DNA of 30,540 nt from an uncultured Candidatus Saccharibacteria bacterium (GTDB lineage Bacteria; Patescibacteriota; Saccharimonadia; Saccharimonadales; JAUPVS01), in the NCBI GenBank assembly GCA_964395925.1, contig CAYNBU010000003.1:6272-36811 (forward strand), written 5' to 3'. Every line of letters starts with the position of its first letter. The stretch's first letter is position 1. Shown piece after piece: positions 25,914 through 30,540 of the stretch. Under the pieces are notes generated by a model. The model did no database searches. It was not told the origin of the DNA and was given only the letters and a program-made list of their open reading frames with translations. Both the position numbers and the translations under genes were made by a program.

Positions 25914-26140
25914 ATTACCCCCACACCGGCTCGCGCCGCGCGCGAGGTGGAACTCTGCGAACGGTCAGGTCAACGTGAACAACGGGTGCTCACACCTCGT
26001 ACCCAGCAATTGCAAAACAGAACCATGAAGCGTATCTCGAAACGGCTGAATCTGCAAAATATTTCGAGCTACCAGGGCCTAGTACGAACCCTTGGCAACA
26101 AGCGGCAGCGCACAGCTTTTCGGTGGCTGGCACCATCTGT
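25914..26140. ncRNA. Unassigned structured intergenic segment (candidate ncRNA or cis element)
   Basis: ~230 nt without a credible CDS in an otherwise very compact region, with several hairpins. No family identified. Confidence 0.3.
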
Positions 26141-26142
26141 AC

Positions 26143-26171
26143 TTGACTTTAAAGTCACTTTAAAGTAATAT
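26143..26171 (+). promoter_or_regulatory. phd-vapC promoter with tandem palindromic operators
   Basis: TTGACT (26143-48)-N17-TAATAT (26166-71), ATG 6 nt later. ACTTTAAAGT occurs twice (26146-55, 26157-66); the first copy lies within the perfect 14-bp palindrome TGACTTTAAAGTCA. Confidence 0.8.
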
Positions 26172-26177
26172 GTAGTC

Positions 26178-26456
26178 ATGAAAGCAACCACAATTTCGCT
26201 GCAAGAAGTTCGTAAAGATCCGCTTACCTTTTTGCGCCGACTCAAGCGCGGCAGCACCATTACAGTTATTTATCACTCCAAGCCGCTCACGACGGTAGTG
26301 AGCGTTGATGCGTCTTCTCCAAAGAAATATAAGGGGAAGGGCGTCGTGGCAAAAGCAGTGCGGGCACGCGCGACAGCTCAGCATACCGTCGACCCCACAC
26401 GGCCTATAAAAGAACTCTACACCGAAAGCATCGCAGAGAAGCATGGTATTTCTTGA
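26178..26456 (+). CDS. Phd/YefM family antitoxin
   Basis: TISLQEVRKD...FL..L..G.TITVIYHSKPL..V Phd fold pattern. 14-nt overlap with the PIN gene. Confidence 0.8.
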   Translation: MKATTISLQEVRKDPLTFLRRLKRGSTITVIYHSKPLTTVVSVDASSPKKYKGKGVVAKAVRARATAQHTVDPTRPIKELYTESIAEKHGIS

Positions 26457-26835
26457 TGCGAACATTCTCCTAGAAGTTGTGCTTCCGGGGCGGGCACAGC
26501 AGCAGCGGGTTGAGGCACTGCTGAGTAGCTTGCGTGAACCAACCGCTATCTCTATGCTTACCGTGCATCTTGTGTTGCATTTTGGCACCAAGCTTGGCAT
26601 ACAACAAGCACTGCTCTTTGATATTATTGACGCCACCAAAGTGCTCGATCTGACCGAACAAGACTACGCTTGGGCACGCGCTAACCAACAAGGAAACGAT
26701 TTTGAGGACGCACTGCAGATGGCGGTCGCGGTGCGTAATGGATGTGCTAGATTCCTCACGTTAGATAAGGCGTTGGCCAAACAGTATCCGTCTTCACTGA
26801 TCACGGTTGAGTGCCCGTCATCAGATAGCGTATAA
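26443..26835 (+). CDS. vapC: PIN-domain (VapC-type) toxin
   Basis: VFLDANILL, DFEDAL..AVA and FLTLDK PIN motifs. Confidence 0.88.
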   Translation: MVFLDANILLEVVLPGRAQQQRVEALLSSLREPTAISMLTVHLVLHFGTKLGIQQALLFDIIDATKVLDLTEQDYAWARANQQGNDFEDALQMAVAVRNGCARFLTLDKALAKQYPSSLITVECPSSDSV

Positions 26836-26836
26836 T
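26807..26836 (+). promoter_or_regulatory. serS promoter embedded in the vapC 3' end
   Basis: TTGAGT (26807-12)-N18-TATAAT (26831-36). The TAA of TATAAT is the vapC stop. serS ATG lies 6 nt later, no SD. Confidence 0.65.
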
Positions 26837-26842
26837 GACCCT

Positions 26843-28138
26843 ATGCTAGACATTCAGTTTATCCGAGACAACCCCGACCTGGTCGCCCAAAAATCCCAAC
26901 AAAAAGGCTACACAGTAGATATCACTAAGCTCCTGAAGCTCGACGAGCAGCGCCGTGACCTACAACAAAAAGTAGAAACCGTGCGAGCAGAGCGTAACGA
27001 CATCGCGGCTCAAATGAAGGGCGGCAAGCCCGACCCTAAACTCGTGGAGCAGGGGAAGCAACTCAAAGCGCAACTCGCGCAACTCGAAGAACAACTTGCG
27101 CCCGTTGAACAAGCATACTTGGAGCTCCTCAAAACGGTGCCGAACATGCCGCTCGACGAAGTCCCGGTTGGCGCAACCGAGGACGAAAACGTGGTGGTGA
27201 AGGCAGTGGGCGAGCAACCAAAGTTTGATTTTGAACCAAAGAACCATGCCCAAATCGCCGAAGCAAAAGGTTGGCTCGACAAAGAGCGCGGTGCTAAAAT
27301 TGCTGGTGCCCGTTTTGTGTACACTATGGGCGACCTGGTGCGGCTGGAATTTGCGCTCTGGCAATACGGGCTTGATGTCGTCGGCGACGAAGCTGTTTTG
27401 AAGAAGATCATTACCGACAATAATTTACAAGTAAGCAGCAAGCCGTTCCAGCCGATACTTCCGCCAGCCGTAGCCAAGAAAGCAGTTTTTGAGGCAACGG
27501 GTCGGCTCAACAAAGAAGAGCAGACCTATAAAATCGAAGACGAAGACCTCTGGCTGAACGCCAGTGCCGAGCACACTATTGCGCCGATATATCTCAACGA
27601 AATCCTTCCCGAAGAAGCATTGCCGATTCGCTACGCTGGCTACACCACGGCCTTCCGCCGCGAAGCAGGAACGTATGGTAAAGACACCGAAGGCATCTTC
27701 CGCTTGCACCAGTTTAATAAACTCGAAATGGAAAGCTTTAGCACCGCCGAAACATCGTACCAGGAACATCTCTTTCAGGTAGCCATCCAAGAGTATCTAA
27801 TGCAACAACTTGGTTTGCCGTATCACGTGCTCGAAAAGTGTACCGCGGATATTGGCCGCCCAAATGCCAAAGGTGTTGATATCGAAGTGTGGCTGCCAAG
27901 CCAGCAGACGTATCGCGAAACACATACGGCTGACCATATTACCGACTACCAAACTCGTGCCATGAAGACTCGCGTACGCCGAAAAGACGGTCGCATTGAG
28001 CTTGCACAAACAAACGACGCGACCATCTTTTCGCAGCGACCACTTGTAGGCATTATCGAAAACTTCCAGACCAAAGAGGGTAATGTGAAAGTTCCAAAAG
28101 TACTACAACCGTATATGGGAGGCAAAGAGCAGATATGA
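26843..28138 (+). CDS. serS: Serine--tRNA ligase
   Basis: MLDIQFIRDNP, coiled-coil arm, PN.P..EVP.G, SAEH, motif 2 FRREAG..G.DT.GIFRLHQFNKLE, and ENFQ...G.V.VPKVL.PYM. Start placed at ATG 26843. Confidence 0.97.
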   Translation: MLDIQFIRDNPDLVAQKSQQKGYTVDITKLLKLDEQRRDLQQKVETVRAERNDIAAQMKGGKPDPKLVEQGKQLKAQLAQLEEQLAPVEQAYLELLKTVPNMPLDEVPVGATEDENVVVKAVGEQPKFDFEPKNHAQIAEAKGWLDKERGAKIAGARFVYTMGDLVRLEFALWQYGLDVVGDEAVLKKIITDNNLQVSSKPFQPILPPAVAKKAVFEATGRLNKEEQTYKIEDEDLWLNASAEHTIAPIYLNEILPEEALPIRYAGYTTAFRREAGTYGKDTEGIFRLHQFNKLEMESFSTAETSYQEHLFQVAIQEYLMQQLGLPYHVLEKCTADIGRPNAKGVDIEVWLPSQQTYRETHTADHITDYQTRAMKTRVRRKDGRIELAQTNDATIFSQRPLVGIIENFQTKEGNVKVPKVLQPYMGGKEQI

Positions 28139-28497
28139 TTCAAAAAATCGAAATCAACGGCGTACACGCCGAAGTCGACGAAGATCTAAAGAAATACATA
28201 CTCAAGAAAATCGGTGGGCTTGATAAGTACATGAGCAAACACACTCGTGTTTCGGCCCATGCCGAAGTAAAGATTAAAGAGAGTAAAGCCAAAGACAAGC
28301 GCCAACATACCTGCGAGGTCGTTTTATATTTGCCGCATGAGGCGATTACCACGCACGAAACTACCATGAACATCTATGCGGCGGTCGATATCGTCGAAGC
28401 AAAACTCCGTAATCAGCTCAAAAAGTACAAAGAAACGCACGAGTCGGTGAAGCTCCGTCAGCGGGTAATTGCCCGAATGAAACGCCAAACGCCGTAA
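28135..28497 (+). CDS. hpf: Ribosome hibernation promoting factor (short HPF/RaiA)
   Basis: EVDEDLKKYI.KKI..LDKY and NIYAAVD....KL..QL.KYK. ATGA overlap with serS; hpf-secA synteny. Confidence 0.9.
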   Translation: MIQKIEINGVHAEVDEDLKKYILKKIGGLDKYMSKHTRVSAHAEVKIKESKAKDKRQHTCEVVLYLPHEAITTHETTMNIYAAVDIVEAKLRNQLKKYKETHESVKLRQRVIARMKRQTP

Positions 28498-28585
28498 AAT
28501 TGTGTTTTTTACCTGAATTTCGGGTAAGATTAGGCTACAATAAGAAGCACACCAAAACCTGTAAGTGAGGGAATACCATCCGACT

Positions 28586-30540
28586 ATGAAAAAAGTCTTG
28601 AAACGAGTGCTCGGAGATCCGCAAGCTAAAACCATTAAGCGAATGCGTAAACGCGTCCGCGATATTAATGCACTGGCACCTAAGTATAAGAAGATGAAAG
28701 AGGCGGAGCTCAAAAAGCAAACCGCCAAACTGCAAGACCGCCTCAAAAAAGAATCGCTCGATGCCATTTTGCCCGATGCCTTTGCGCTGGTGCGCGAAGC
28801 AGCCGACCGCGCCTTGGGTATGCGTCACTTCGATGTACAGTTGATTGGTGGTATGGTGCTGCACGAAGGTAACGTTGCCGAAATGAAGACCGGTGAGGGT
28901 AAGACGCTGGTAGCAACACTGCCGGTATACCTGAACGCCATTACCAACAAGGGTGTACACGTCGTTACGGTGAACGACTATCTGGCACAGCGCGACGCCG
29001 GCTGGATGGCCGAAGTATACAGCTACTTAGGGCTTACCACCGGTGTTATCATTGCCGACGAATCATACATTTACGACGCCAAATACCTCAACGACAAGCA
29101 CTTCGACAAGCGGTTTTATCACCTTAAGCCATGCACGCGCCAAGAGGCCTACAATGCCGATATTACGTATGGAACCAACAACGAATTCGGGTTCGACTAC
29201 CTGCGTGACAACATGGTCCGCGAAGTCGACCAACTTCGCCAACGTGAACTGCACTTTGCTATCGTCGACGAAGTAGACTCCATCTTAATCGACGAAGCCC
29301 GTACACCGCTTATTATTTCGGCGCCATCAGTTACCAGTGCCGACTCGTACTTGCAGTTCACCAAAGTTGTTCGTCAGCTTAAAAAAGATGATCACTACGA
29401 AGTCGACGAAAAACAAAAGGCCGCAGTGCTTACCGACGATGGTGTCGAAGAGGTCGAACGAATTCTGGGTATCGATAATCTATATGGCACCGACAACATT
29501 CGTACTATTTATCATCTCGAACAAGCCTTGCGTGCTCAAGCACTCTTCAAGCGCGACAAAGATTACGTAGTCAGTAACGACGGCGAAGTGGTGATTGTCG
29601 ACGAATTCACCGGCCGTTTGCTGCGCGGACGTCGCTATAACGAAGGCTTGCACCAAGCTATTGAGGCCAAGGAAGCAGTAGATGTTCAAGAAGAGTCGAT
29701 GACACTGGCGACCATTTCGTTCCAGAACTATTTCCGTTTGTACGAAAAACTCTCGGGTATGACTGGTACCGCCGAAACCGAAAGCGAAGAATTCCACCAG
29801 ATTTACAAACTCGACGTCGTTGAAGTGCCTGCTAACAAGCCGATGAGTCGTATCGATCGCCCCGATCGTATATATAAGACCGAAAAGGGTAAGTTTGCAG
29901 CAATCCTCAACGAAGTTCGGATGTTGCACCAAAAAGGCCAGCCAGTGCTTATTGGTACCGCTTCGATCGAGAAGAACGAAATTATGGCACGCTTGCTCAA
30001 AAAATCTGGTATCCCGCACGAAATCTTAAATGCCAAGAACAACGAGAAAGAAGCCCAAATCGTTGCCAAGGCGGGTGAAAAGGGAGCCGTTACGCTGGCC
30101 ACCAACATTGCCGGCCGTGGTACCGACATCGTGCTGGGCGAAGGCGTAAAGGAGCTCGGCGGTCTGTTCATCTTGGGTTCTGAACGCCACGAATCCCGTC
30201 GTATTGATAACCAGCTGCGTGGACGTGCTGGTCGCCAGGGCGACCCGGGTGTTACACAGTTCTTTGTGAGTACCGAAGATGACCTGATGCGCGTGTTCGG
30301 CGGCGACCGCATTGCGGGCATGATGGCTCGCATGAACGTCCCCGATGATATACCAATCGAAAACCGCATTATTTCGCGCAGCCTCGAATCGGCCCAAGAG
30401 AAGGTCGAAGGCCATAACTTTGATATGCGTAAAAACGTGGTCAAATACGACGACGTAATGAACCGCCACCGTAAAGCAACGTACGCCATGCGTAAAGAAA
30501 TTTTGCACCAAGCCGATATCAGCAAACGCATCAAGATCTA
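28586..30540 (+). CDS. secA: Preprotein translocase ATPase SecA (3' end beyond the window)
   Basis: Read by hand because it is missing from the ORF track as incomplete. [66 protein letters not shown] and [18 protein letters not shown]. An in-frame GTG at 28565 is an alternative start. Confidence 0.97.
   Translation, partial: MKKVLKRVLGDPQAKTIKRMRKRVRDINALAPKYKKMKEAELKKQTAKLQDRLKKESLDAILPDAFALVREAADRALGMRHFDVQLIGGMVLHEGNVAEMKTGEGKTLVATLPVYLNAITNKGVHVVTVNDYLAQRDAGWMAEVYSYLGLTTGVIIADESYIYDAKYLNDKHFDKRFYHLKPCTRQEAYNADITYGTNNEFGFDYLRDNMVREVDQLRQRELHFAIVDEVDSILIDEARTPLIISAPSVTSADSYLQFTKVVRQLKKDDHYEVDEKQKAAVLTDDGVEEVERILGIDNLYGTDNIRTIYHLEQALRAQALFKRDKDYVVSNDGEVVIVDEFTGRLLRGRRYNEGLHQAIEAKEAVDVQEESMTLATISFQNYFRLYEKLSGMTGTAETESEEFHQIYKLDVVEVPANKPMSRIDRPDRIYKTEKGKFAAILNEVRMLHQKGQPVLIGTASIEKNEIMARLLKKSGIPHEILNAKNNEKEAQIVAKAGEKGAVTLATNIAGRGTDIVLGEGVKELGGLFILGSERHESRRIDNQLRGRAGRQGDPGVTQFFVSTEDDLMRVFGGDRIAGMMARMNVPDDIPIENRIISRSLESAQEKVEGHNFDMRKNVVKYDDVMNRHRKATYAMRKEILHQADISKRIKI

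Noticed and set aside
25961-25990. SRP RNA core (GGTCAGGTC...)
   Set aside because: The 3' half lacks the GNRA loop and AGCAG of domain IV, and the closing helix does not pair.
25950-26010. TPP riboswitch or RNase P fragments (GGGTGC..ACCC, ACCTGA, ACAGAACC)
   Set aside because: Other required conserved elements (CUGAGA plus GCGNAGG; GAGGAAAGUCC plus GGCUUA) are absent or wrongly spaced.
26100-26136. tRNA- or tmRNA-like 3' end (...GGCACCA)
   Set aside because: No matching 5' acceptor strand, no canonical T-arm and no tag reading frame.
25947-26168. 73-aa ORF in the structured gap
   Set aside because: No recognisable motif or RBS, and it runs through the phd promoter and operator. Treated as spurious.
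8641-26836. TA modules as parts of IS elements, integron cassettes or a prophage
   Set aside because: No transposase, integrase, attC-like sites or target-site duplications were recognised at their borders.
284-30534. Long antisense or alternate-frame ORFs in the track (e.g. 284-862, 2447-3055, 8004-8681, 25098-25625, 29803-30534)
   Set aside because: They shadow well-supported genes, lack motifs, and are expected from codon bias at this GC content.
1-30540. Alternative genetic code (UGA=Gly, code 25)
   Set aside because: prfA, mazF, phd, serS and the 18530 gene end in TGA at the expected family length or in ATGA couplings. Standard code 11 fits.

Overview
A gene-dense, code-11 bacterial chromosome segment. 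The gene set and losses point to Saccharibacteria (TM7, CPR/Patescibacteria), which is an inference and not a database result. In order: parA-parB; lepB divergent from an LCP / membrane-protein / HtrA operon; an orphan exported protein; rpmE-[mazEF]-prfA-prmC on the minus strand; rpsB-tsf-[RHH-relE]-frr-uppS-rseP-CPBP-proS-greA-lysS; small NDT-like, zincin and HdeD genes; a heliorhodopsin; a two-TM trypsin-like protease; HAD; rsmE; an orphan; a 4-Cys PD-(D/E)XK nuclease; a ~230-nt structured gap; [phd-vapC]-serS-hpf; and secA, cut by the window end. I found no tRNA, rRNA, CRISPR array or transposase. The most notable signals are regulatory. (1) A hidden 21-codon Pro-Pro leader peptide with an antiterminator/terminator pair sits before proS, a candidate ribosome-mediated attenuator. 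(2) Back-to-back structured leaders on rpmE and rpsB each carry an anti-Shine-Dalgarno element. (3) Three unrelated RNase toxin-antitoxin modules, each with its own promoter and palindromic operator, lie directly upstream of essential translation genes. (4) Many genes have a -10 box 6-8 nt before the ATG, suggesting widespread leaderless transcripts. All base-pairing and promoter calls were made by eye and need computational or experimental confirmation.
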